Shown: positions 27,054 to 39,757 of the stretch, in pieces
Numbering within the stretch: position 1 is the first letter of the stretch
How the letters are laid out: each line of letters begins with the position of its first letter
Assembly (NCBI GenBank): GCA_951406725.2
Contig: OX597824.1
Coordinates: 34,844,001-34,908,000, forward strand
Origin: Octopus vulgaris
Taxonomy: Eukaryota
Length of the DNA: 64,000 bases
Direction of reading: 5' to 3'
Made by a program: the position numbers and the translations under genes
Notes under the pieces: model-generated
What the model was told of the DNA's origin: nothing
The model's input: the letters and a program-made list of their open reading frames with translations, nothing else
Database searches by the model: none

Positions 27054-27508
27054 AATAATCTGTATTTTTGTTATTTTTTATTTGCCCTGTCCGTGTGAGC
27101 TAACAGTCGTACTGGCTTTCATGGGAAACATGTATTTTTCGTGGTTGAAACCTTTTGGATTAACTGGTGCTAGGGTGATCAATATAGTGACCACTCTCTT
27201 ATATTTATTTTGTGAAAATATTATATGTTATAAAATATTATAATAATCCAGGTTTCTCGTAGCACTAGGCCACTTGGTGTGGAATAAATATACTATTAAA
27301 TTAGTATCTAATTCTCTCACCCTTATTAATTAATTATAATTATGCTGCATTTATTTCTAAATGCTGTATTTGTTTTCCGTGAGAGTTTGGCGCGCTGTTG
27401 GTTGGGGCATTTGAATTATAACGTCCGATGTAATCAATTGAACCGCACGCGTATTTATCGTTATGGTAAAATCTGGCGTGTGATTGAGTGGATTTCATCC
27501 AGATAGTC

Positions 27509-27584
27509 TTGGCTGAAGAGCTACAAATGGATTATTGTAAGTAATATTACATTTAATTCATTAATAGCGAAACAATTGTCCCAA
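27509..27584 (+). ncRNA. Type I hammerhead ribozyme
   Basis: Same motif as 26978-27053; predicted cleavage after C27580. Confidence 0.9.
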
Positions 27585-27791
27585 AATAATCTGTATTTTT
27601 GTTATTTTTTATTTGCCCTGTCCGTGTGAGCTAACAGTCGTACTGGCTTTCATGGGAAACATGTATTTTTCGTGGTTGAAACCTTTTGGATTAACTGGTG
27701 CTAGGGTGATCAATATAGTGACCACTCTCTTATATTTATTATATATATATATATATATATATACATATATATACACAGACACACACACATA

Positions 27792-29020
27792 CATGAGGGG
27801 TACCCAAAAGAGGCCAGAATTTTGCAATATTATTTTATTCACTTAGATTTACATGTTTACACTTTTATCACCTTCAAAGTTTTCTCCATTTGAAGCAATG
27901 CCTTGGTCCAGAAGCATTTTCCCCTGCCTTTTAACGCCTCCGTTGCTTTTGCATTCACTTCTTCCACATCTGCAAAATGTTTTCCTTTAAGAACTTTTTT
28001 CATTCAGGGGAGCAAAAGAAAGTTATAGCAAGCAATATTAGATCAGGTGAATAGGGAGTGTGGGTAAGCAGGTTTATGCAATTTTTGGTCAAAAACTATC
28101 TCACACTCAAAGGGGTGTGCACAAGTGCATTGTCATGATGAAACCATTACTCCCCACGTTGCCACTGGTCAGTGTTTTCATCTCACTGCATCTTACAAAT
28201 GCTTCAGAACTGCCAAGTAAAATGTCTGGTTAGCAGTTTGACTAGGAGGAACAGATTCTGTGTGGACAATTCCTAAAATAAATCAACATTCTCTTGACAT
28301 TGGGCTTCACTTGACACACATTTTAGGGGTGTGGTGACCTTGAATGCTTCCATTGACTTGATTGCTGCTATGTTTCTGGGTAGCACCAGCTTTTGTCACT
28401 AGTGATACCCTCAAAAAAGGTTCAGATCAACTTCCAACTGTTCTTTCAGTTCATGACATGCATTTAACCATGATTGCTTTTGATCTTCTGTGAGCAAGTG
28501 AAATACAAATGTTGCTGTAACTCATTTTATTTGCAATTCCTCACTCAAAATTCGCTGGTAGGTGCTCCAAGTCATATCAATAAGTTTGTCAATTGTTCAG
28601 CAACAGTCCTCCCTGATCAGTTCATGAATCTTCGTGATGTTTTCGTTCATTGAGGAAGTCGACGATTGCCCTGAACAAGGTTGGTCTTCAATTGACAATT
28701 CCTAAAGCATGAAAACCACTCATAAACTCATAAACTTGTGTTTTGCTCATGGCAGCATCTTTATAAGCTGTTGGAAACATGGCAACTGTTTCAGCCACCG
28801 TTTTCCCCAGTAGAAAACAGAATTTCACAGAAGCACACTGTTCTTTCCAACCATCACAAAAATCAATGAGCAGGGGAGAAGCACTGTCAAACATGTTAAT
28901 GCCGGTTCGTAGACTGATACCTGAGGGTCACACCAAGTGGCTTCTAGTGGCAGAAGCCTGAACTACAATGGTCTTGTCCCACAGAGAACATTGCTGGTTA
29001 CTTTTGGGTACCTACTCATA
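27792..29020 (-). mobile_element. Mariner transposon, near full length, decayed
   Basis: TIRs atgaggggtacccaaaag / cttttgggtacctactcat; EQCASVKFCFLLGKTVAETVAM..AYKDAAMSKTQVYE. A fragment is duplicated at about 25322-25445. Confidence 0.9.
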
Positions 29021-29400
29021 TATACGTAACCCCTAGTCAGTTACCAGACAAACCACACGATATATATATATATACACACACACATATATATATATCACCA
29101 TCATTTAATGTCCACTTTGCATGCTGGCATGGGTTAAATGGTTTAACTGGAACTGGTAGGATGGAAGGCTGCACCAGGTTCCAGTCTGATTTGGCATGAT
29201 TTATATGGCTAGATGCCCTTCCTAATGCCAACCACTACAAGAGTGCAATGGGTATTTACATGCCACTGGCACAGGTGCCATTTACATGACACCAACAATA
29301 GCCATAACTACAATTTCATAAGTCTCATTTACATGATACTAGCAATGGCCACAACTACGATTTCACTTAGTTTGACAAGTCTTCTCAAGCACAGCATATC

Positions 29401-29619
29401 TATTTCTTTACTACCCACAAGGGGCTAAACACAGAGAGGACAAACGGATAAAGTAGATTATATCGACCCCAGTGCGTAACTGGTACTTATTTAATCAACC
29501 CCGAAAGGATGAAAGGCAAAGTCGACCTCGGTGGAATTTGAACTCAGAACGTAACGGCAGACAAAATATGGCTACGCATTTCGCCCGGGGTGCTAACGTT
29601 TCTGCCAGCTCGCCGCCTT
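29401..29619 (-). mobile_element. MetaSINE-like copy (family B) with 8-bp TSD agcatatc
   Basis: Inserted in an RTE 3' region; agcatatc at 29393-29400 and 29620-29627. Confidence 0.9.
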
Positions 29620-29629
29620 AGCATATCAC

Positions 29630-30010
29630 TAAAGGTCTCAGACATTTGTCATCACCTCCATTAGGCCCAACATTCGAAGATCATGCTTCACTACCTTGTT
29701 CCAGGTCTTCCTGGGTCTACCTCTTCCACAGGTTCCATCCACAGTTAGAGATCAACACTTCTTTACACAGCTGTTTTTGTCCATACACATCACATGACCA
29801 TACCAGCACATTCGTCAATCTTGCACACCACATCTGATGCCTCTTATGCCCAGTTTTTTTCTCAAGACATTTACGCTGTCATATGGGCACACTGACATTG
29901 CACATCCAGTGAAGCATACTGGCTTCATTTCTTTTCACTGGTGTGGAGTATGGCTGTTCGCACACAGGCATCATACAGTCTGCCTTTCATTCTGAGAGAA
30001 AGGCCCAATG
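29630..30010 (-). mobile_element. RTE 3' fragment
   Basis: Homologous to 45780-46200. Confidence 0.75.
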
Positions 30011-31099
30011 AAATTCAATGACTTCAATAATCCACTATCATTGTTAACTCACAACTCTCTCTCACACACACATAATTCACTTGAACTAAACATCTTCGCA
30101 GTGGTCATAGTAATTCTTAATTATAACTAGTTAACTGCAAAATAATATTTAGGATTGAGTAGTAAACTAGCGATAAATATTAATTACACACAAATAACTA
30201 AACTAGACTGTCAAATACCTTTCAAGGTTTATCTTCGAAAATGATGGGTTTCGATGATGTCAGTTTTGTGAATTTTTTTACTGTTTAATAACTAAAATGA
30301 TACCAGGAAATTCAGCAGAATTGATCAGATGAATTTACAAGTGCAGAGGTTCCTTGGATATCTAGATATATAAATTCAAATATATATTATTATGTAAGTA
30401 AATTACAATGTTGATTTTATTTTATCAGGTGTGATTTGAAATAAAAGATTACTAGATTTTTAACTATGCTTAGTTGATAATATTAGAGAATACTTATAAC
30501 TACATCCTTTTGTTTCACTTACCCTGGTTTAATAACACTAATCTTTATCTCTTAGTGGATGTCTATGCCAAATTAAAGTTATTGATCCAATCAGATCTTT
30601 TAGTTCCATTTCATTGACAAAAGATAATTATTATTCAGTTACCATTTCAAATATTTACTCTCTAACCAGCTGCTAACCTCTATGAAAAGTAGAAATTTAT
30701 TTTAAACTAAATTACTGCATCCAAATCAAGGACAGTATTCTCACCCCTAAAGACCCACATTTAAGACAGCAGAGAAATATATCCACATCAGAAACCAACC
30801 CTTCATTTATCATTAATCTTCAAATGCTTGTCTCTTTTCAAATTATGACTGCCTTGTTTTTGTTTTTTTTGTACCACTATTAGCTCCTTCTCTCAAGAAG
30901 CTAGCTGTCCACCACCTAACTGGCTGAACTGACTAGCTACCCATCACCCCTAATTCTTCCCATTACTAATACTCTATCTTATTCCTCATAAGTCCATTAA
31001 GCACCTTACTCATGATTGCCACCATCATACAAACTACATTATTCTGAAACTCCCACAGAACCTATATCCACCCACCTACCCTCAACCTGCGTTGCTGAT

Positions 31100-31530
31100 T
31101 ACAGTGCTCAGGTGCACCACAACTTGTCAAAAGTGCGTATAAAGCATGTGCCTTAATGTACAAATGTCTGGGAAGTGAATAGTGTATGAGTCAGATACAT
31201 GCTTGCGTGTGTATAGAGTGGAGAAAATCAGGCGTAGTGTTGGCGAATCTCAGGAAACATGGAAGTTTTGAAGGATGCCATGCTCTGACAACTAACAACT
31301 GATGCCAGCAGTTTGTTCCATGCTTCAGCAACTCTTAGCGTGAAAAAATGTTTCCGAAAGTCATGGGAGCTGTGCTGTTTTCTGACTTTGTAAACATGTC
31401 CATGGGTGTTAGACAGGTGAAGTTTGAAAAGGTGCTCAGAGTTATTGTTTGTAAGATGGTTAATAATTTTATGGGTGTCTGCCAAGTCAGCTGCCAGACG
31501 TCAGAGTTTCAATGTATCCATGCCCCAGAC
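31100..31530 (-). mobile_element. CR1-like LINE 3' end
   Basis: ORF 31228-31485: HGHVYKVRKQHS..FRKHFFTLRVAEAWNKL. Confidence 0.85.
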
Positions 31531-31604
31531 ATCTTATGCAGAATGCTCAATACATAACCTGCATTTTAATAATGTTTTTTTGGCATTGATTTAGTTTCAC
31601 TTAC

Positions 31605-31707
31605 TCGTAAACTCTTTAGATATAGACCGATAACATCCTTCACCACACTGTTGCTTCCTGTTTACACAAATACAGTTGCTGAAGGGATGTTCATCAAATA
31701 TTTCAAC
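31605..31707 (-). CDS. IL-17 receptor-like gene exon (103 nt, phase 0-1)
   Basis: tttttaaag|GTT and A|gtaagt; VEIFDEHPFSNCICVNRKQQCGEGCYRSISKEFT. Confidence 0.88.
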
Positions 31708-34062
31708 CTTTAAAAAGAAAAGAAAAAAGACATCCAATGAATAAATATTGAAATAAACAAACAAAACAAATGAGAGAGAAGCTTCAATACTTTCATCATA
31801 ACATATCCTTGTACCTAACCTCACATCTTTCTCTTTCCAGTTGGAGAAGCCACATGTATTCACCTCTTCAGCAACACACCTGCTCCTGTACTTCTGTCAT
31901 ACTTTCACCTCCTTCAATACTATACTCACTTGTGATCTCACAAGTGCTGGTGCCACAAAAAAAAAAAAAATCACCTGGCACACTTTGTAAAGTAGTTGGT
32001 ATTATAAAGGACCTGCAGCTGTTGAAACCATGCGAAAGCAGATGTTGTAGCTTGGCACAACCCTCTGGCTCATTGGTTCCTGTCAAAACATTCGGTTCAT
32101 TCCAGCATGGATAAAAAGAGACATTAAATGATGATGAGGATGATGATAATCCTAGCAAACAAACACCAATTGCAAGTAGTCTTAAAACTCTGCTTCTTCA
32201 GACAACAGAATAAGGAAAATGTATTGTTAGAGTCCAAACAACATCAATCAAATCCAGAATTCATTGTAAATGATTCCTCAGAATTCTTTAAAAATTAATA
32301 TTATTTTGAATGGATTTTTGAGGGATCATTTCTAAAATGTGCAATAAAAGAAATCTTACATAACACATGAAAGTTAATGGAAATTAATCAATAGTTGCCA
32401 ACATGATTACAATATCATACAAAATTGGTTATATTGAATAGTGATGAAACAATAGTAATATGTTCAGCTAATTCCTTTCTTCGATCATCATGATCACTAT
32501 CATTTAACATGTTTTCTATGCTGGCATGAGCTGACTGGTTGATGGGAGCTGGCAAGCCAGAGAGCTGCAACAGGTTCCATTGTCTGATTTGGTATGATTT
32601 CCAGGGCTGAATGCCCTTCCTAATGCCAATCACTTAGTAGAGGAGTGTACTGAATGCTTCTTATGTGGCATCAGCACTGGTGCTGACACCAGCAGGGTCA
32701 CCGAGTAACTTGCAAGATGAAGACCTCTCAGTTAGGAGAGGGAGTGGAACCAGAACCATCGGAAGGGGCTTTGTACCAGTTGAGAGGATAGAGTATAATA
32801 GAGGCATAGAGAGAGGTGTCTTACTATAGAGGAGATACCTGACAATCCAGTAGGAAAAGAGAGGAGAGGGAGGAGAGATGGAGTTGGAGAGAAAGATAGA
32901 GACAGACAGACAGTCAGTCAGAGTGAGAGAGAGATGGTATTGGAGATGCTTTGGCACCTACCCTCAGGTAGTGGTGGTGGTGGTGGGGTAGTGTAAGTGG
33001 TACTGAGTAGAGAGAAGGGGATGTTCCATAAGAGTGTAAGAGGAGATATCTAGAGATGAGGAAAGGGTGACTAGCAAGTAATGGTAAGAGAAATTGGAGT
33101 GGAAGGTAGTGGGGTATAATGGGTATGTTAGAACACAGAGAGTATGCAAACAGGCATGGGAAGGAGAGAGGAGGGGCCTGCAGTGGGTAGTGATCATAGG
33201 TGATGGGATGGTGGATGATGAGAAGACGGTGGGGGAGTTTTGACAGAGGACAGATTTGGTGGTGGGGGCATGGCCTGCCACAAATTCTCTTAGCTTGACA
33301 TGACTTCTCAAGCACAACAAATTGCCAGAAGTCTCGGTGGGTGGGTGGGGGGCCTTGTCATCTCCTCTGTGATGCTCAACATCTGAAGACCCTTTCTCAC
33401 CATTTTGTCCCACATATTCCTAGGTTTACCCCTTCCACAGGTTCCCTCCAGTCTTCTTCCTTACACACTACATCTGATGCCTCTTAAACCCAATTTTTCT
33501 CTTAAAACACTTTCACTCTGTCGCACATTTTATTTATTTTTTATTTTATCTAGTTTCAGCTCATGAGCTGTGGCCATGCTGGGGCACCGCCATTTGGTGT
33601 TGCTACATGATTTTACTTCACGAATGCTTTTTAGCAATTGCCATTTGGTGCATGAGAGAGTTCAATGCAGCTGCCCTCATCTGCACACTAACATTGCACA
33701 TCCAGTGGAGCATGCAGGCTCCATTTCTTTCAAGCCTTTGTATGTCCTCTGCAGTCACTGACATGTAACATACCAGTCTGAGCACAGGCATCATACAATC
33801 TACCTTTCACTTTGAGGGAGAGGCCCTGTGGATATTTTGTGGAGTTTCAAATAATAAGAGTTATAGGGTGCAAAAGCTGCACACTTTTCAATTTGCAGAG
33901 AACTGATATCTATAGAAGTGCTTAATGTGGTCAAGATCAGGGTTATATACCCCATATCATTGTTTTTAGGTATGCATGGATGGATGTATGTATGCATGCA
34001 GGTAGGTATGTACATATTTACATACATAACCAAAAATAAGCAACAAGAATGGATCCGGTAAT

Positions 34063-34147
34063 TTAGTACAATTGTTTCATACTATAACAATTTATTAAAG
34101 CTGCAAATATTACAGCAGATATAAAATGTCAAGTAATCTTCAGCTAA
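34063..34147 (-). ncRNA. Type I hammerhead ribozyme in a solo pLTR-like fragment (about 34030-34300)
   Basis: ttag CTGAAGA ttac...gtat GAAAC aatt GTA ctaa; shares the flank aaaataagcaacaag with 7685-7699. Confidence 0.78.
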
Positions 34148-35055
34148 TTTCATATAGGTTTTCCAACAATGTAAAGTTCTCAAATCAATTAGTAACATCC
34201 TAGAGAAGGTAAATATACCGATAAAGCTGTAGATATTAATTTCAGGAACATGAAGAAGGATGCCACACAGACCAAGATTAAGTTCACAGCTCTTTCACTT
34301 TAAGCTTTTTTATTTACATACATATGTATGCATGCATACACGAGTGTGTTTATCTATATGTGTATGTGTTTCCTTTGTGTTTGCTGCCTTATAAACAAAA
34401 GCTTTCTGTCAGTGTCATTGACTTGTAATCCATAATGAAAAGATATCCAAGATTCATTATATGCCTTGACTTGTTACACGATCTCTATAAACAAGAGGCT
34501 GTCATGTGCTTCCAGTTCCATACATAAAACATGTCTGGGGTTTCAGTTGTCCAACAGTATGGGAAATTATTACCTCCCCTGGAAAAGCAGAGGTTGATGA
34601 TTGGGAGAGCATCAGGCTGTAGAAGGACTCTACTTCAACATACTCTCTTTTGGCCCTTGAAAATACATAGACATTCAAAAGATGATGATGATGATATGTC
34701 AATGTTTTAAAATGGTAAAGGTTTCTTAGAAACAACACCAAAGATAAGCAACCATATAAGATAAACTTTGAAGTGCAAAGTTTTTCCATTATCTCCATGG
34801 TCTCTTACTATATGAGGTAACCATCAATACTTAATGTAAATTTTAGCAATTTAGTTACCTTTTGGATATGGTTAGCATACCCAACATTTTGATTTAAAGT
34901 AATAAACATCTTTACTTGTCGTATATTCATATTTTTCAGTTTACATTAGGGAACACAAAACAATTTATGCAATTACCCAAATTAAAAAAATTCTAATCAA
35001 ATGTAATAATTTAACAAAATGTAGTAAACGAAGACCAATATGGAGAATAACTTAC

Positions 35056-35115
35056 AGTTATGGAGTAGTTTCCAGGACTTATTCCATGAAATTCATGGGT
35101 TAATCTTGTGGTCAT
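35056..35115 (-). CDS. IL-17 receptor-like gene exon (60 nt, phase 0-0)
   Basis: tctttttaag|ATG and ACT|gtaagt; MTTRLTHEFHGISPGNYSIT (FN3-like PGxY strand). Confidence 0.85.
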
Positions 35116-35340
35116 CTTAAAAAGACAAAAAAAGGGGGGAAAAAAATTAAGAATTCATAGATATATTAATTATTCTGGTGCCATTAAATTTGGTGAAATG
35201 ATTTTACATTTCACTGAATTCAATAGTTAAAATTAAGTTTTAGTCAAGACAAAAACCACTACTAATTTAATAGTTAAAACAAGAAAGTTTTTTTTTTTTA
35301 GTAGTAGTGTTTGTATACCTTGAAGAATCATTATTCTTTA

Positions 35341-35625
35341 TATTGTAGGCAACTGTAGTTAAATCCATGCCTGGTCGTGGGTCATCTGGATTTAACTACA
35401 GTTGCCTACATACCCCCCCCCCCCGGCGCGGGTAGTCTAGTAGCAGAGAATTGGACGAAGCAGTTAGCAGCAAGCTGCCTGTCAGGCAAAAGAGGCTGCT
35501 CCCTTTCTCTTCATCCTTTTATCCCCTTTTCATGAGTGTCACCGCGTTGTTAACGATGTGACCAGGGGAGATAACCCCAGATAACCCACGGCTGGGCATG
35601 AATTTAACTACAGTCGCCTACAATA
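35341..35625. mobile_element. MITE with about 49-bp TIRs and an extra internal partial TIR
   Basis: tattgtaggcaactgtagttaaatccatgcc.. / ..ggcatgaatttaactacagtcgcctacaata; partial inverted copy at about 35388-35411. Confidence 0.8.
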
Positions 35626-36584
35626 TAATTACAAAACAGCCACAAACTAGTTTTCTTTGTTTTGTTTTAAAGCCAGAACTAGAACTAGTTGAAAAAAAAG
35701 AAACATAATTTAAATACTTAGTCTCATGGCAAGAATTTACTGAAAATAACAGGACTGTGTAGAACTGTATTAATACAAAGTTCAAAGTTATTTGAGCCGA
35801 CAAAATAAATTATTAAGAATATACTTAATTAAAAGACATCAAGGAATGGAAATTTAGTAGAACCTCTTCAAAACTTGTTTTTAATATGTTCATATTAAAA
35901 TAATTTTTGAATGATATGAAATTTTAATTTCCTTTTTCATGTGGAATATGGTAAAGGTTGAAAATAAGATATTTAAAATGAAATATTCAAGAAAAATAAT
36001 TTAGAGAAATAAGCAACAAGCTTATGACGATTTTACTTGTTAATCCCAGGAAAAAATGGGATAAAATGTTCTACTGAGAACACTTTAATGAGAGATTATA
36101 AAATCTGTGTAAGAAGCCTCTACATTTTCTATGGAAGGAAATTAAAATACATGGTAAATCAGTAAACCAACATAAGTTTCATGCAATAGATCTCTACTTA
36201 AAACTAATTAATGAATAATATGAGTGAAGAAAGAGAAATAATTTGCCTTAAAAAAGAAATATTTCTCTACTTCATTAATTTGAGCGAGGTCACTGGACTG
36301 GCTCCTGTGCAAATGGCACATAAAAAACACCATTTGAGTGTGGCCGTTGCCAGTACTGCCTGACTGGCTCTCATGCTGGTGGCACGTAAAAACACCCACT
36401 ACACTCTCAGAGTGGTTGGCATTAGGAAGGGCATCCAGCTGTAGAAACTTTGCCAGATCAAGATTGGAGCCTGGTGCAGCCATCTGGTTCGCCAGTCCTC
36501 AGTCAAATCGTCCAACCCATGCTAGCATGGAAAGCAGATGTTTAACGATGATGATGAACACAGCAACAGAGAAAAATAACAAAC

Positions 36585-36748
36585 CTTGGAAGAATTGACA
36601 GTCACCGCCTTTATAATTTGTAACTGTCCATCATAAAGCCTTATATCATACATTTTTATGTTACACTTTGAAGGTCCTTGTTCAAAATCCACAATTAACT
36701 TGTCCTCTTTTAGTCTATGATCTATTAAAGTTGTCCATTCACGACACA
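36585..36748 (-). CDS. IL-17 receptor-like gene exon (164 nt, phase 1-0)
   Basis: cttttgcag|TG and AAG|gtttgt; CREWTTLIDHRLKEDKLIVDFEQGPSKCNIKMYDIRLYDGQLQIIKAVTVNSSK. Confidence 0.88.
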
Positions 36749-37749
36749 CTGCAAAAGTAAAGGGAAAACATTCATGTGAACATAAACATTACACAAATAG
36801 TAAATGTTTTTAATGTAGGTCAAGGTTGACTAAATTTAAGCAGAAAAAAATATATTTAAGATTATAATTTTCATGTCAATATTTCAATGATTGTTGAAAG
36901 TTTTTACATAATTACATTATAATAAACATACAAAAAAAAAACACATTAAAATACAAATACAAAACCAAAGGAAAAACAAACATGAGCACAGAAAAAAATA
37001 AGAAAAAAACAGAAGGAAAGAAAGAAAGAAAAAGGCATCAACACTACACCATGTGTCTCAACTGGTTACACTCCACAAGGTTCTATGGAGCCTACTGAAG
37101 CAAGCCATTGTTCCCCCAATATTACAAGAGTCATTCCCACCAACAAGTTTCAATATCTTTATTGCTAATCTCATCTTTAACATTAAGATTACCATGTTCT
37201 TTCAAATGTCAGAAACTCGCAGCAGTTTTATTAACAGCAGAAAGTCATTCTTCCTATTAATATACTTCTGTGCAATTAGACAGGTATTAAGAAATCAGCT
37301 TCAATGCTCTTCCATAGAATATACATCAATTTTAGTAAATACATGTAAATACCAATATTACTGGCTACATAAGGAGGTGAACTGGCAGAATTCTGATTTT
37401 AAAAAAAGTACCAGTTGAGTACTGAGGTCATTATAATTGACTTACTCCTTCCCCCAAACTTTCAAACTTTGCAGCAAAATTTGAAACCAAAAATACTGGC
37501 TACATATGTAGTCCAGTTAAATATCAACATTAGAATATGGATATAACAAATAATTTTTAACCTTCCATTTCATCATCAATGACAATGTTTACTACCTCAT
37601 TCTTCCTACGGCTTTTGGAACACCCACCTACACAGTAAATTAGGTCAACTAGGCAAAAATAACTAGTAACTAAAAGGTTTTTTGAGCATTTAAAAGACAT
37701 TATTTTACATAAGCTCTATCTGCAAACTTTTCCTGTACATACAAAGTCT

Positions 37750-39530
37750 ACCTTCTCTGTAAGCCAGTGACCCCACTTACACCTGTTTTATGTCCATAAT
37801 TTACATTGGGTGAGCTATATGAAATTTCTACATATTCTTTTCCCGCATATCAAATACAGTCATTTTCCTGGTGGTATCAGAGTCTGTATTGCTAAAACTT
37901 TAGTCTTTTACCAGGTTTAATTTCAGGCTTTTCAATACTAGATTTTCACTTTTCTTTCTAGAATTTCTTTTGTAAATCTTGAATTGATAAGAACTTGCAC
38001 AACATACAAGAATTGCCATGAACAGCCAGTCTTAAATTCCTAATATGGTGTGAACAACTAGGAGGGGCTGATAATTGAACCCTGACAGATACACATGTAT
38101 CTGCTGAATTCCATGTTGAACTCATTAGCACATTCATCTGCCCCTAGCTTCCTCAGTACCTACCAGAGCACAGAGCATGGAACTCTGTCTAAAACATTTT
38201 GGGGGTCAACAGGCGCAGGAGTGGCTGTGTGGTAAGTAGCATGTTTACCAACCACATGGTTCTGGGTTCAGTCCCACTGCGTGGCACTTTGGGCAAGTGT
38301 CTTCTACAATAGCTTCGGGCCGACCAAAGCCTTGTGAGAGGATTTGGTAGACGGAAACTGAAAAGAAGCTCGTCACATATATGTATATATATATATGCAT
38401 GTGTGTGTTTGTGTGTCTGTGTTTGTCCCCCTAGCATTGCTTGACAACCGATGCTGGTGTGTTTATGTCCCCATTACTTAGCGGTTCGGCAAAAGAGACC
38501 GATAGAATAAGTACTGGGCTTACAAAAGAATAAGTCCCGGGGTCGAGTTGCTCGATTAAAGGGGGTGCTCCAGCATGGCCGCAGTCAAATGACTGAAACA
38601 AGTAAAAGAGAGAGAGAGAGAGATGCTATGTAAAGTGTCTAACACCAACCTAAATACTTCTCCCGAGTTGTTTCACTAAGAAGATGGAGGTACCAGTAAT
38701 TCCATTTCTTGGCACAAAGTTGAACTGTATCTCATCTCAGCTAATTCTCTTTTTAATTGTGCTAGAAATCATTCAGTAATTTTCATAACCTGGTCCATCA
38801 GTTTCATCCTTCAGTAGTTATCTTTTTCTCTAGCACACCTACTTTGCCCATATTTGTGATAATGATGATACTGCAAAAGCCAGTTGTTATGTATTACATT
38901 TCCTTCCACTACCTCATTAAGAGCACATGACCTTTACTAGATACTTTTAACCATTTCAGGAACAATATTTAATAGTCCAACTCCTTTCATTGCCTTCATA
39001 TTCTCTATTGCCCTTTTGACCATACTACTATTAACTTCAATACTAGTTTCCTCTGTTAGATCTACTTGGTTTAGGTAATGACTATACCCTGGCATTCCTG
39101 TCATTCAACTTCTTATAGTATATCAATGCCTTTTTCATTTTAGATTCAGTCAAGGTAAGTGTGTTACTATTATTCCATGCACACTTTTTCCTGACAACTT
39201 CATTCACCGCCTTGCAATCTGGAACATCTCACACCACATATATTCACGTCTTGGGACATGTGCAAGCCTCTTACTTTTTACTTCTTCCTTTGTTAAGTAT
39301 ACCCAATATTTAACTTCTGTTCAAGTTACTTGATATTCTCATGTACTGCCATCTTTCTTTCAGTCTGTCTAAGACTATTTCTCAGATTTCATGATTCTGT
39401 CTACAGTACTATTCCACCACACCAGATCTGTGGCTAGTATAGGGCTCCAGCAAGATAACTACATATATGATCTGTAGCTCCCAGTGTATTGTCTTTTAGA
39501 AACTTCCAGTTGTCCTCCAAATAATGTATT
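37750..39530 (-). mobile_element. Decayed RTE LINE interrupted by a SINE
   Basis: Reverse-strand homology to 14500-15700 (WWWN, GVCQGSIISP-like motifs). Confidence 0.7.
38211..38610 (+). mobile_element. SINE family A, full length
   Basis: aggcgcaggagtggctgtgtggtaag head, gggttcagtccc B-box, internal microsatellite, gactgaaacaagtaaaagag tail. Confidence 0.92.
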
Positions 39531-39531
39531 C

Positions 39532-39757
39532 CCCACTTAAATGTGGATGTTCTATTAGAAAAAAACTTTACTGCAGTAGATGCCATACGAGAAACTCTCA
39601 TATAGGCTTTTGGTACAGAATGGGTGGGGATTTATCGCCCTTCTGGTGATAAAAATAAACAAGCGTGCATTTTTCACCAAAAGCCTATATGTGAGTTTCT
39701 CTCATGATATCTATTGCTGTAAAGTGTGTTCTAACAGAACATCCACGTTTAAGTGGG
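39532..39757. mobile_element. Foldback MITE with about 90-bp arms
   Basis: cccacttaaatgtggatgttct...tataggcttttggt / accaaaagcctata...agaacatccacgtttaagtggg. Confidence 0.85.

Larger units (their letters stand above)
25868..27740. mobile_element. Retrozyme-like hammerhead repeat: 531-534-bp unit, about 1.4 copies in one orientation then about 2.1 inverted, within (TA)n
   Basis: aagggtgaga at 25881 and 26415 (period 534); tggtgctagg at 26631, 27165 and 27696; orientation switch at 26630/26631; three hammerhead motifs. Confidence 0.9.
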
